Positions 28,191 to 36,984 of a stretch of DNA of 64,000 nt are shown here, piece after piece. Each line of letters begins with the position of its first letter. Positions within the stretch are counted from its first letter, which is position 1. The notes below the pieces were generated by a model that was given only the letters and a program-made list of their open reading frames with translations, was not told the DNA's origin and did no database searches. Position numbers and translations under genes: made by a program. The stretch comes from an uncultured Rikenellaceae bacterium (GTDB taxonomy: Bacteria; Bacteroidota; Bacteroidia; Bacteroidales; VadinHA17), in the NCBI GenBank assembly GCA_964389685.1, contig CAYMFM010000004.1, positions 1,310 to 65,309 of the forward strand. The letters run 5' to 3'.

Positions 28191-30422
28191 TCAGTTGATG
28201 ATTACTTCTTTTCTGGCATTTACAAAGAGCATATGTCCCGTCTGATCATACCCTTTGAAGAGATTATGTTTATCATGTTTCAGTTGATCTCCAAGAAAAC
28301 CAACGAGCGTAAGCGCGGCATCAGCTGATCGTTCATTGATCAGGTTTTTCATGCTGACTGTTTGGTCCTTTTTAATGATTTCAATGTTCTTTTTTGAGAT
28401 GGGTAACCTTCCGGTATTCACCAGTTCGTATAGCTTGTCCTTTGTTTCCTCCAGATCTTCCTCTTTGCATACATCAAAGATCTTGATCACCCCCTTTCTC
28501 CAGTCTGGATGTCCCAGGATGATGTAGCTCAGGAGGATCATCAGGTTGGTATTTTCAATATCGTACCGGCTGATCCAGATGTGAATACCATTTTTTACAT
28601 TGATTGTCTTTCGGGATGAGCCCAATACACAGATATCATAATCTCCGGATCGGCAAAGCGAATAGTTATCGATGATGTGGTCCAGGTTTTCAGGATTTTC
28701 CTTGTCAAATTCAAAGAGGATCATGTTATTATCCATCCCCGATATACTGGGAAGCTGAATTACCTGTGCAATGGCTGATGTATAGGATGGTGAGATCAGT
28801 GTGTCGAGGTATATATTTGAATGTTCCTTTTCAGATTTGCTAATGAGTTGTTTCAGGTACTCCTGTGCTTCAAGGTGGCTGGTTTTTGAGTAGTACCCTT
28901 CGATCAGATGGATATAGGTTCCAAAACCATATTTGTGCGATATCCAGCTGAGCAATTTAAATGCCTCATCCCGTTCAAATGTGTTTTGTGAGACACACAC
29001 AACAGCGGGTCTCCATTTCTGGGATGATCCGATTTTTTTGGATTTCTGGAGGAATACCTGAAGTTTCCGGCTGAGCTGGGAAATGGCTCCCTGGAAGATG
29101 GCTTCAATACCCTGCCGGTCTTTATGATGAAAATGGATGAATGTATAGATTGCTGTCATAATGACCAGTGCAGCAGCAGCATATCCGGCATTTATCTTAA
29201 ACATCAGCCATCCGCACATGACAAATCCAATGAGTGAAATATACCAGCGTGAGCGGAATGATGGCCTGTAGGATGGATCGGCACCAAAATGGTAAAGAAA
29301 TGAGATCAGGCATATTGATCCGTAGGTTACCATAAAGAACATGGATATGATCTCTGCAACCATATTGACATTTCCGATCGCCACAAAAAAGAAGGCAATA
29401 ATACAGGTAATGACTGATCCGTTAAACGGTTCATTGGTTTCACCCTTCCCTTTGGCAACCAGATAATTCAGTTTTCTGGAAGGGAAGGACCGGTCTACAC
29501 CAAGCGCCTGCAATGTTCGTGGTGCAACCATAACCGATCCGAGGGCAGATGAGATGGTGGAAGCGGCCAGCCCTATCGGTATCATAATTCCGCCGTAAAG
29601 AGCTATTTTGCTCATGATCAATTGATCATTCAGTAAATCTTCCGGTGGAGCTGAGATTTTTAATTTCCACGAAACAAAAACATAGGTGATCATCCCGATT
29701 ACTGTAGCTGTAGTTGTTCCCAATGGGATTGATCGGGCAGGATTCCGGAGATCTCCTGAAAGTCCAACGCCGGCGGTCATCCCGGTAAAAGCAGGAAAAC
29801 AGATAGCAAAAACAATAAAGAAATCATTCATATTACGGAATGATCCGGTGAAAAAACCGGATTCATGGCTGTATGAATAATCCGTTTTGCCAATGAAAAA
29901 CAGGGTTAATGAGATGAAAAGGATGGCGACGACGAAATAGAGGGTTTTGACTCCCAGGTTGGCTCCCTTTTTCAGGATCAGCAATGACAAACAAGCCATT
30001 GCCGGAAGACTGATTACCTGACGGGGCAGGGTAATGTTAAATCTTTCATGGACAAAATTAAAAAACGGTTCAAAGGCTTCGGTGAATGCAATGACATAAA
30101 ATGCCACACTGATGGCTTGTGAGCAAAAAAGAGCAACGCCAATGGTGGCTCCTATATTCAATCCGAAAGAGCGCGATATGATGAAATATTCACCCCCTCC
30201 TTTCACCTTTTCGTTGGTTGCAATCTCCGAAAGCGCAAGGGCGGTTGGGATGGTTACCATGTGCCCGATCAGAATCATCAGCAGAACACCGAACATTCCG
30301 AGCGTTCCGACAGCGTATCCAAAGCGCAGGAATAAAATGGCACCCAGTATGGTTGATATTGCCGTAAAAAAGACAGGTGCTGTTCCAAACCCTCTTTTTT
30401 TCTTGCCGTTTGGGGTTGACAT
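28191..30422 (-). CDS. APC-superfamily permease with SLC12-type C-terminal domain (cation:chloride cotransporter-like)
   Basis: 743 aa. About 12 TM helices of the amino-acid-permease fold plus a cytoplasmic C-terminal domain of about 270 aa. Confidence 0.7.
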   Translation of the reverse strand: MSTPNGKKKRGFGTAPVFFTAISTILGAILFLRFGYAVGTLGMFGVLLMILIGHMVTIPTALALSEIATNEKVKGGGEYFIISRSFGLNIGATIGVALFCSQAISVAFYVIAFTEAFEPFFNFVHERFNITLPRQVISLPAMACLSLLILKKGANLGVKTLYFVVAILFISLTLFFIGKTDYSYSHESGFFTGSFRNMNDFFIVFAICFPAFTGMTAGVGLSGDLRNPARSIPLGTTTATVIGMITYVFVSWKLKISAPPEDLLNDQLIMSKIALYGGIMIPIGLAASTISSALGSVMVAPRTLQALGVDRSFPSRKLNYLVAKGKGETNEPFNGSVITCIIAFFFVAIGNVNMVAEIISMFFMVTYGSICLISFLYHFGADPSYRPSFRSRWYISLIGFVMCGWLMFKINAGYAAAALVIMTAIYTFIHFHHKDRQGIEAIFQGAISQLSRKLQVFLQKSKKIGSSQKWRPAVVCVSQNTFERDEAFKLLSWISHKYGFGTYIHLIEGYYSKTSHLEAQEYLKQLISKSEKEHSNIYLDTLISPSYTSAIAQVIQLPSISGMDNNMILFEFDKENPENLDHIIDNYSLCRSGDYDICVLGSSRKTINVKNGIHIWISRYDIENTNLMILLSYIILGHPDWRKGVIKIFDVCKEEDLEETKDKLYELVNTGRLPISKKNIEIIKKDQTVSMKNLINERSADAALTLVGFLGDQLKHDKHNLFKGYDQTGHMLFVNARKEVIIN

Positions 30423-30522
30423 ACAAATCCGGTTTTTATGTATATGTACGAATGATTATGAAGGATCGTTTTCCGGGATCTGCAAACGGATCAGCCTGAA
30501 GCGAAGTTGGAATGAGAAAAGG

Positions 30523-31434
30523 TTATTCTGCAATATCCCAGCCAAAATCAATGTATTCAGATGAAAATTGATCCCCTTCGACCCTGACGACCAGGAATCC
30601 TTCTTCCATATCTCCACGCGGACCTCTCCACCAGTTGGCACATACTGCACCACCGGTGATGAAATGGGTTCCTTTTGCAAAGATATCCTCAAAGAAATGG
30701 AGGTGCCCCTGCAATACCAGCTTCAGGTTATGATTTACGAACAGGTCCAATATTTCTTTTGAATTTGTGATCACGAGCCCACGGCTGTTTGGTGATGTTG
30801 CCCCCTGAACCAATTGTGTCTGAACGGTTACAAAAGGAATGTGAACAGAGATGCAAATGGGTGTTTCAGGATCAACAGCACCCAGATCATCCTTCAACCA
30901 TGTTATCTGTTCCTGATCGACGTACCCGTAATAGCCACCCTCTTCCCACTCATCAATGGAATCAAGGATATAAAATCTCCATCCTTTGTGATCGAAGGCA
31001 TAGTAGCGTTTTCCAATCCGCTCCATAAAGAAGCGATCACCATACAGGGAGTGTGTTGAATCAATACCGCTGCTTTCATAATATCCGAATACTTCATGAT
31101 TGCCCATGGTATTATAAACAGGCATGTTGAACTCTTTAACAGTTTCGTTATAGAGGTTGTATAAAGAATCCGCCCTGCCATATGTCTGCCCCAATGCATC
31201 CATGATGAGGTCTCCGCCCGTGATAACAAAGTCGGGTTTTAATTCGTTTACTGTTGCAATTGCTTTTTTAAAACCTTCGGTGGCATTAAGTTCCGGTTGA
31301 ATATGAATGTCGGTCAGAAATGCAAAGGAGAATGCCTCTTCTTCAGACACCTTTTGCTTGCAGCCAAAGAATAACAGTGTACTTATCAGAAAAACCAGGT
31401 ACCGGTTCATGTTTGATGTGATCCTCTTTTTCAT
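30523..31434 (-). CDS. secreted metallophosphoesterase (calcineurin-like)
   Basis: Signal/lipobox LLFFGCK. Motifs TDIH, GGDL, GNHE and GHLH are present. Confidence 0.8.
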   Translation of the reverse strand: MKKRITSNMNRYLVFLISTLLFFGCKQKVSEEEAFSFAFLTDIHIQPELNATEGFKKAIATVNELKPDFVITGGDLIMDALGQTYGRADSLYNLYNETVKEFNMPVYNTMGNHEVFGYYESSGIDSTHSLYGDRFFMERIGKRYYAFDHKGWRFYILDSIDEWEEGGYYGYVDQEQITWLKDDLGAVDPETPICISVHIPFVTVQTQLVQGATSPNSRGLVITNSKEILDLFVNHNLKLVLQGHLHFFEDIFAKGTHFITGGAVCANWWRGPRGDMEEGFLVVRVEGDQFSSEYIDFGWDIAE

Positions 31435-31461
31435 CTTAGTATATCTTTGTTAAAGAACAAA

Positions 31462-31469
31462 CAAACTTA
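31462..31469 (-). promoter_or_regulatory. Bacteroidota -7 box (TAagTTTG on the minus strand) upstream of the metallophosphoesterase gene
   Basis: Plus strand caaactta, 28-35 nt upstream of the ATG at 31434. Confidence 0.4.
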
Positions 31470-31631
31470 AAAAATTTGATTAACCTTTAATGCAGGAAAA
31501 CCGGTTTTTATGAAAAATATTTCAACATGCAAAACTGGACCATATCATACCCAAGTTAAGTGCGCTGTTTAATATATATGGATATTATTTACTATTTTCA
31601 CATACGGATCTTATATAACAAGGTTAATAAA

Positions 31632-32366
31632 ATGGTTCGGTTCTGTATAAACACTGGTTTATCGATCCTGGTTTTTGGTGTGCTCTATCTTTTCACAGTT
31701 CTACTTATGATTATTACCCTCATACTGATCCTTTTTTCTTTTAAACGCACGGTTCCACATATCATTTATTTCTGGGCAAATTCCCTGTTTTTTATCATGG
31801 GGAAAAAAATCCACGTGACAGGAATTGAGAACATCGAGAAGGGTAAGAACTATATTGTTGTTGCAAATCATGCCAGTCTTTTTGATATTCTAGCCATTGT
31901 GTCATTTTTCCCAACAGTTACCTGGTTTGGGCACGAACGGTTACTCAGGATACCGTTCTTCAGACGGATATTGAAAATTACTGACTATATTCCCTTCAAA
32001 GAACGGAATATCCGAAATACCAGAGAGATGCTTGAACAATTGGTTCAAAAATCAAAGGAGCATTCTGTTGCTATTTTCCCGGAAGGAACCAGAACACTTG
32101 ATGGTAAAATAAACAGGTTTTATAAAGGATTCATCTATTTGTTAAGAGCAACTGAGATTGGCATTTTACCGGTTACATTAAACGGATTCTTTACCCTTAA
32201 ACCTAAGAACAGGGCATGGATCGATTTCACACCTAAACTGGAGGTCTTTATTCATAAACCAATTGAGAATAAACAACTGGTTGAAAAAGAGGACCATGAA
32301 ATTCTTGAAATTGTGAGGGAAACAGTTGAATCTGAATACCATCCCAAATTTTACAGTCATCCATGA
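31632..32366 (+). CDS. plsC: 1-acyl-sn-glycerol-3-phosphate acyltransferase
   Basis: NHASLFD (HX4D) and FPEGTR motifs. The ATG at 31632 is preferred over the track start at 31560. Confidence 0.8.
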   Translation: MVRFCINTGLSILVFGVLYLFTVLLMIITLILILFSFKRTVPHIIYFWANSLFFIMGKKIHVTGIENIEKGKNYIVVANHASLFDILAIVSFFPTVTWFGHERLLRIPFFRRILKITDYIPFKERNIRNTREMLEQLVQKSKEHSVAIFPEGTRTLDGKINRFYKGFIYLLRATEIGILPVTLNGFFTLKPKNRAWIDFTPKLEVFIHKPIENKQLVEKEDHEILEIVRETVESEYHPKFYSHP

Positions 32367-33343
32367 ACCAACGATCATCGAACAAGCATACAATGAATGA
32401 AATAAACCATACTATGAATTTAAAAGATGATAAAAAATGGGTTTTCATCGTTAATCCAATTGCCGGAAATGGTTTTGCAAAAACCATTATTCCGCAGTTG
32501 AACGATCTGATTCATCACTATAAGATTGATGCAGAGTTGGTTATGACTGAATACAGAGGGCATGCCACCGAGCTGGCAAGGGCATTTCTGGAAAGAGGAT
32601 TTCAGAATTTTGTGGGAGTTGGTGGTGACGGCACGATGAATGAGATGGTTCACCCACTTATAAACAAGGAGAATATCGTTATTGGGACAATCCCGGCCGG
32701 TACAGGAAATGATTTTATCCAGATCCTGGGATTCCCGGATAGATTTAAAGAGATGGACTGGGACATTTTTTTCGAGCAACATGTGATCAGCATGGATGCC
32801 GGTATATGCAATGGAATACCGTTTATCAACGGTATGGGGCTGGGTTTTGATGCACAGGTAGCGGCTGAAAATTACACGGAACCGGGAGAGGTTAAAAAAG
32901 GAGGGAAAAGCAAATACCTCTGGCAGATTGTCAAAACCATTCTTTTTTTTAAGGAGAAGAAAGCGGTTATCCTTACCAATGGAGAGCGGCAGGAAAGAAG
33001 TTGTTTCATCAATACCATTGCAAACGGAAGAAGATTTGCCGGAGGATTTTTCCTGACCCCAAAAGCAGTGGCAAACGATGGCTTGCTGGATGTATGTAAC
33101 ATCGAGGAACTCACCCTGTTCAGACGGTTAAAAATGCTTCCATCAGTACCTAAAGGAAACCATTTGAGTGATCCCAAAGTGAAGTATTACAATACGGATA
33201 GAATCCGTATCGAATTTCAACATGAAGTCCCGTTTCACCTCGATGGTGAGCTGTACTTCTCTTCCCGTTTTGATGTGCACATCATGCCCTCCGCTTTGCA
33301 TGTTATTTTCAATCCGAAGGGGAATCATTTCTTCAATCTGTGA
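32363..33343 (+). CDS. diacylglycerol/lipid kinase family protein (YegS/BmrU-like)
   Basis: GGDGT motif and the DAGK catalytic domain. The ATGA start/stop overlap with plsC suggests translational coupling. Confidence 0.8.
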   Translation: MNQRSSNKHTMNEINHTMNLKDDKKWVFIVNPIAGNGFAKTIIPQLNDLIHHYKIDAELVMTEYRGHATELARAFLERGFQNFVGVGGDGTMNEMVHPLINKENIVIGTIPAGTGNDFIQILGFPDRFKEMDWDIFFEQHVISMDAGICNGIPFINGMGLGFDAQVAAENYTEPGEVKKGGKSKYLWQIVKTILFFKEKKAVILTNGERQERSCFINTIANGRRFAGGFFLTPKAVANDGLLDVCNIEELTLFRRLKMLPSVPKGNHLSDPKVKYYNTDRIRIEFQHEVPFHLDGELYFSSRFDVHIMPSALHVIFNPKGNHFFNL

Positions 33344-33365
33344 GCAGGTAGACCATCATGCATCC

Positions 33366-34031
33366 ATGAAGACGAGGGAACGGTATATTGCTTTTTTTGA
33401 CCTGGATGGTACCATACTGAAACAGAACAGTGGAAAAATACTGGTTTACCAGGCTTACAAATCAGGCATGATGGCCCGCAGGGAGTTATTCTTTGGAATG
33501 TATCTTTCGTTGTTGCATAAACTTGATCTGATGAGCCCTTTGAAGATAATAGAAAAGATGGCGGTGTGGGTGACTGGCTTCCCGGAAAAGGTTCTGCAGG
33601 AGTTTGCAGAAGAGGTGTTTAACAGTACCTTACAGGTTTTGATTCGATCTGAAATCCCATCTGAACTTCACTTTCATAAAGCCCGGAATGCTGAGCTGGT
33701 CATCCTTTCATCAGCGATCGGTGAAATCTGTTCCCCAGTCGCCAGGTTCCTGGGTATGGATGCTGTAATCAGCTCCAGACTTGAAGTTCATGAGGGACAT
33801 TATACGAGCTATCCGGAAGGCAACTTTTGTGTCGGGACCGAAAAATTCCTGAGACTTCAGGAATATTGCAGCATGAAAGGATATTTACCCGGTGAAGCAT
33901 ATTTCTACGGTGATACAATTTCCGATCTTCAGGCATTATCGGCGGTAGGGCATCCGGTTTGCGTCAATCCGGACCGAAAATTGAATAGGGTGGCCAATGC
34001 TAACGGATGGGATGTTCGACAGTGGACCTGA
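33366..34031 (+). CDS. HAD-IB family hydrolase
   Basis: The ATG at 33366 gives MKTRERYIAFFDLDGT (DxDGT motif I). GDTISD is motif IV. The track ORF from 33222 overlaps the upstream gene. Confidence 0.75.
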   Translation: MKTRERYIAFFDLDGTILKQNSGKILVYQAYKSGMMARRELFFGMYLSLLHKLDLMSPLKIIEKMAVWVTGFPEKVLQEFAEEVFNSTLQVLIRSEIPSELHFHKARNAELVILSSAIGEICSPVARFLGMDAVISSRLEVHEGHYTSYPEGNFCVGTEKFLRLQEYCSMKGYLPGEAYFYGDTISDLQALSAVGHPVCVNPDRKLNRVANANGWDVRQWT

Positions 34032-34086
34032 AGGTAGGAGAAACCGGGTATACGGCCAGTGAATTAGGCAGGGGTCATCTCTTTGC

Positions 34087-34674
34087 TTAGTCGTTCAGGA
34101 CATCATCCATAACCGCACGTAAACGGTCATAATTCTTTTCCATCAGATCCCTTTTTTCGGTATTGAAGAGCAGGGCTGTGGGATGGCGAAGAGGATAAAT
34201 GAGTTGATCATCCAACTCGATCAATTTACCAAATAAGGTGTGGTAATCTTTGCTTGCCGGCCTATCCAGATCAAACCGCATCAGGATGTAACGCGTGGCA
34301 TGAAATCCAAGTGGGACAATCAGTTTTGGATTTACAAGCGATATCTCCTGTTCCAGGTGTTTTGAGCACTCTGCAATTTCACGATTTGAAGGCCTGCGGC
34401 ATTTTGGGATATAACATTTAATCAGGTTGGTCATATAGATCTCATCGGTACCGATCCGGGACTTTGTGAGTAATTGGCGGAATATCTTACCGGAGGGTCC
34501 AACAAACATCTGCCCTGCTTTGTTTTCGAGCTCTCCCGGAGCCTGGGCAATCACCATGACCTTTGACCGGAAGTTGCCTTCTCCACATACAGCCTGTTGA
34601 CGGGTTGCTGCCAGCCCGCATGCCGTGCATCCCCGAACCTGTTGTTGCAGTAATGAGAAATCCGGATCCTTCAC
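34087..34674 (-). CDS. uracil-DNA glycosylase superfamily protein (family 4-like)
   Basis: N-terminal Cys cluster CTACGLA...CGEG, motif A region VIAQAPGELENKAGQMFVGPSG, and motif B-like RHPTALL. Confidence 0.7.
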   Translation of the reverse strand: MKDPDFSLLQQQVRGCTACGLAATRQQAVCGEGNFRSKVMVIAQAPGELENKAGQMFVGPSGKIFRQLLTKSRIGTDEIYMTNLIKCYIPKCRRPSNREIAECSKHLEQEISLVNPKLIVPLGFHATRYILMRFDLDRPASKDYHTLFGKLIELDDQLIYPLRHPTALLFNTEKRDLMEKNYDRLRAVMDDVLND

Positions 34675-34689
34675 CTCTGATTTTTATCA

Positions 34690-34697
34690 CAAAAGTA
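34690..34697 (-). promoter_or_regulatory. Bacteroidota -7 box (TActTTTG on the minus strand) upstream of the UDG gene
   Basis: Plus strand caaaagta, 16-23 nt upstream of the ATG at 34674. Confidence 0.4.
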
Positions 34698-34703
34698 AGA
34701 AAA

Positions 34704-34733
34704 GGAAATATTTTAGCGCGTTTTATTGTCTAA
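34704..34733 (+). promoter_or_regulatory. candidate ECF-type promoter P0: GGAAA-N18-TGTCTAA
   Basis: Tandem upstream copy of the motif. It shares the exact 12-mer TTGTCTAATGTA with P1. Confidence 0.45.
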
Positions 34734-34782
34734 TGTATGGAAAATGCTGTAATTTAACTGATCCCATTCAATAGGGCCGCAG

Positions 34783-34811
34783 GGAATAAAATGTACTTTT
34801 CATTTGTCTAA
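34783..34811 (+). promoter_or_regulatory. candidate ECF-type promoter P1: GGAAT-N17-TGTCTAA
   Basis: Same architecture as 36261-36289 and 39459-39487. It lies directly in front of the ECF sigma gene. Confidence 0.55.
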
Positions 34812-35388
34812 TGTAAAAAATAAGACTTTCGTGAAGGACTATTCTGGTTTTAGTGATCTGGATCTGATCTCTCAAACACGGAAGGGTGATAACGAAGCCT
34901 TCTCTGTTCTTATTTCCAGGTACAAGGATCAGGTAGCGAAAACCGTAATTAGCATGATGGGTAATTGCATGGAAGCAGATGACGTGGGTCAGGAGACCTT
35001 TATCCGGTTTTATCGTTCCATCGATAAATTTCGTGGAGACTCAACCCTGGGAACCTATTTGACCAAAATAGCCATGAATCTTTCCCTGAATGAATTGAAA
35101 AAACGAAAAAGAAACCGTTCGTTGTTCTCAGATAACCAGGAAAACAATGTTGAGATTCATCGTTCAGAGATAAAGGATCATCAGGATACGGATGATATTC
35201 AGGAGGAGGTACAGCTGGCAATACAGGAGCTTCCGTTCAAGTTCAGATCGGTCGTTGTTCTTCGCATGATCGAAGGGTATAGCACAAAAGAGACGGCTGA
35301 AATCCTGGACCTGCCAATGGGTACAGTGTTATCAAGATTAGCACGGGCACAGCAGAATTTGAAAGATAAATTAAAACATCTAATATAA
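34804..35388 (+). CDS. RNA polymerase ECF-type sigma-70 factor
   Basis: Region 2 (GDNEAFSVLISRYKDQV...ADDVGQETFIRFY) and region 4 (YSTKETAEILDLPMGTVLSRLARA). The start is uncertain: TTG at 34804 is the maximal ORF, and GTG at 34831 fits better with promoter P1. Confidence 0.88.
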   Translation: MSNVKNKTFVKDYSGFSDLDLISQTRKGDNEAFSVLISRYKDQVAKTVISMMGNCMEADDVGQETFIRFYRSIDKFRGDSTLGTYLTKIAMNLSLNELKKRKRNRSLFSDNQENNVEIHRSEIKDHQDTDDIQEEVQLAIQELPFKFRSVVVLRMIEGYSTKETAEILDLPMGTVLSRLARAQQNLKDKLKHLI

Positions 35389-35394
35389 ACGGCC

Positions 35395-35814
35395 ATGTTA
35401 GACCAACATCTATTAGATTTACTCATGCGATCACTGGATGGTGATCTGGATGATACGGATCGGACGATGCTTGAAAAAGCACTATCTGAATCGGAAGAGC
35501 TTAGAAAAGAAAAAAATAAGCTGATTCGCCTCAGAGAACTTGTTGGTTCCGGGGATTATCAGTTTAAACATGGATTTACGGATCGGGTGATGAACCGCCT
35601 GACAAAATCAAAGAACGGGAAAAGCATTGAATTTAATTTTGCCAGAGACCTGAACCGAATTTTCATGAGAGTTGCCATTACCGGAGTTGCTGCAATTATC
35701 CTGCTGCTCCTTAGCATTTATCTGACAACAGGTTCCGTTTCCCTCGATTCGTTAAGCGGAGCGGAATACTATTCAGAAGATAATGTGATCAGTTATTTGT
35801 TAATCGAAGAATAA
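35395..35814 (+). CDS. putative anti-sigma factor (single-pass membrane protein)
   Basis: 139 aa starting 7 nt after the sigma gene. N-terminal helical cytoplasmic part and one TM helix (VAITGVAAIILLLLSIYL). Confidence 0.55.
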   Translation: MLDQHLLDLLMRSLDGDLDDTDRTMLEKALSESEELRKEKNKLIRLRELVGSGDYQFKHGFTDRVMNRLTKSKNGKSIEFNFARDLNRIFMRVAITGVAAIILLLLSIYLTTGSVSLDSLSGAEYYSEDNVISYLLIEE

Positions 35815-35824
35815 ACAGACCGAC

Positions 35825-36244
35825 ATGAAAATTAAACCTGTTCTTGTTATTTCCGCCACACTTATCATTGGATTTGCTATTGGTTTTCTTACCAGCGGCA
35901 TGATAAACCATCAGCGGATGAAAAAATTCCGGTCGTTCAATTCTATGGAATCCTTTAAGCAGAGAACCATCCATATTCTTGAACCAACAGAAGAACAACT
36001 GAAGGAGATCCTGCCCCTGATCGATGAGTATGCAAAAAAAATGGATGGGATTCGGAAGGATTTCGGTAAAGAATTTTTTACCCTGATCAATGATTTCCAT
36101 AATGAACTTAAACCACTCCTTACCGAGGAGCAAATAGAGAGGCTGGAATCGCTGCTAAGACCTCCATCAAGGAATTCCCGTCATAGGGGTGATCCGAACG
36201 AGAGGGATCGGGGGCATGAGGGCCGACCTCCTGAAAGGCGGTGA
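35825..36244 (+). CDS. Spy/CpxP-family periplasmic protein (LTXXQ motif)
   Basis: N-terminal TM/signal, LTEEQIERL motif, and a basic Arg/Pro-rich tail. Confidence 0.6.
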   Translation: MKIKPVLVISATLIIGFAIGFLTSGMINHQRMKKFRSFNSMESFKQRTIHILEPTEEQLKEILPLIDEYAKKMDGIRKDFGKEFFTLINDFHNELKPLLTEEQIERLESLLRPPSRNSRHRGDPNERDRGHEGRPPERR

Positions 36245-36260
36245 TAATCCTCATCCGGAT

Positions 36261-36289
36261 GGAATAATCGAACCGGTTCCGTTGTCTAA
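36261..36289 (+). promoter_or_regulatory. candidate ECF-type promoter P2: GGAAT-N17-TGTCTAA
   Basis: Lies in the 86-nt gap before the second Spy/CpxP-like gene. The -10-like box ends 42 nt before the ATG at 36331. Confidence 0.55.
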
Positions 36290-36330
36290 CGGTTGAAAAC
36301 AAGTAAATATGAACATAAAAACAGATCAAA

Positions 36331-36900
36331 ATGAAAAAGATGGTTGTAACACAAATCATGATTTTTTTACTGGCAGTAACCCCTGGTTCGAATATTTTCT
36401 CCCAGCAGGGCAGGGGATTGGGTCCATGTGGATTGGGACTCGGACCGGGAAATTTTCCAAACTACCGGATATTGGACCTGACGGAGGAGCAGAAGACACA
36501 AATGAGGGAATTATGGCTTGAGCAATCGGAGGTTCTAAGCCCTCTGAATACAGAATTGCAGAAGCTCAGATTAGCCTATTGGGATCTTATTGCTGAATCA
36601 GATGAAGACCTGGATGCGATCAACAAGAACATAGACCAGCAAACTGATCTGCAGAAAAAAATCATGAAAGAAAATGCTCGTTTCAGAAAAAAAATGGAAG
36701 GGGTATTAACAGAAGAACAAAAGGAGTTGCTTGATTCGGAATTTCCTTTTGGCAGAGGCATGTATGGAAGATGGAATCCACCCGGACGCGGATACGGTCA
36801 GGGATACAGGGATGGATTTGGTAGAGGTTATGGCAGAGACTATGGACGAGGCTATGGCAGAGGCTATGGCAGAGGATTTGGACCGGGTGGAATCTGGTAG
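36331..36900 (+). CDS. Spy/CpxP-family periplasmic protein with C-terminal GYGRG repeat tail
   Basis: Signal peptide and two LTEEQ motifs (LTEEQKTQMREL, LTEEQKELL). The last 40 aa read GRGYGQGYRDGFGRGYGRDYGRGYGRGYGRGFGPGG. Confidence 0.65.
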   Translation: MKKMVVTQIMIFLLAVTPGSNIFSQQGRGLGPCGLGLGPGNFPNYRILDLTEEQKTQMRELWLEQSEVLSPLNTELQKLRLAYWDLIAESDEDLDAINKNIDQQTDLQKKIMKENARFRKKMEGVLTEEQKELLDSEFPFGRGMYGRWNPPGRGYGQGYRDGFGRGYGRDYGRGYGRGYGRGFGPGGIW

Positions 36901-36940
36901 AACCCGGGAAGGCAAATTTTCATGGTTAGTTTTAGGTACG

Positions 36941-36984
36941 GGAAGGGTGTCTGAACATATGGTTGGGCACCCTCCTCTTTTTTT
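36941..36984. terminator. intrinsic terminator-like hairpin between convergent genes
   Basis: ggaagggtg (36941-36949) pairs with caccctcc (36968-36975) with one bulge. It is followed by a T7 run that overlaps the stop of the minus-strand TPR gene. Confidence 0.45.
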
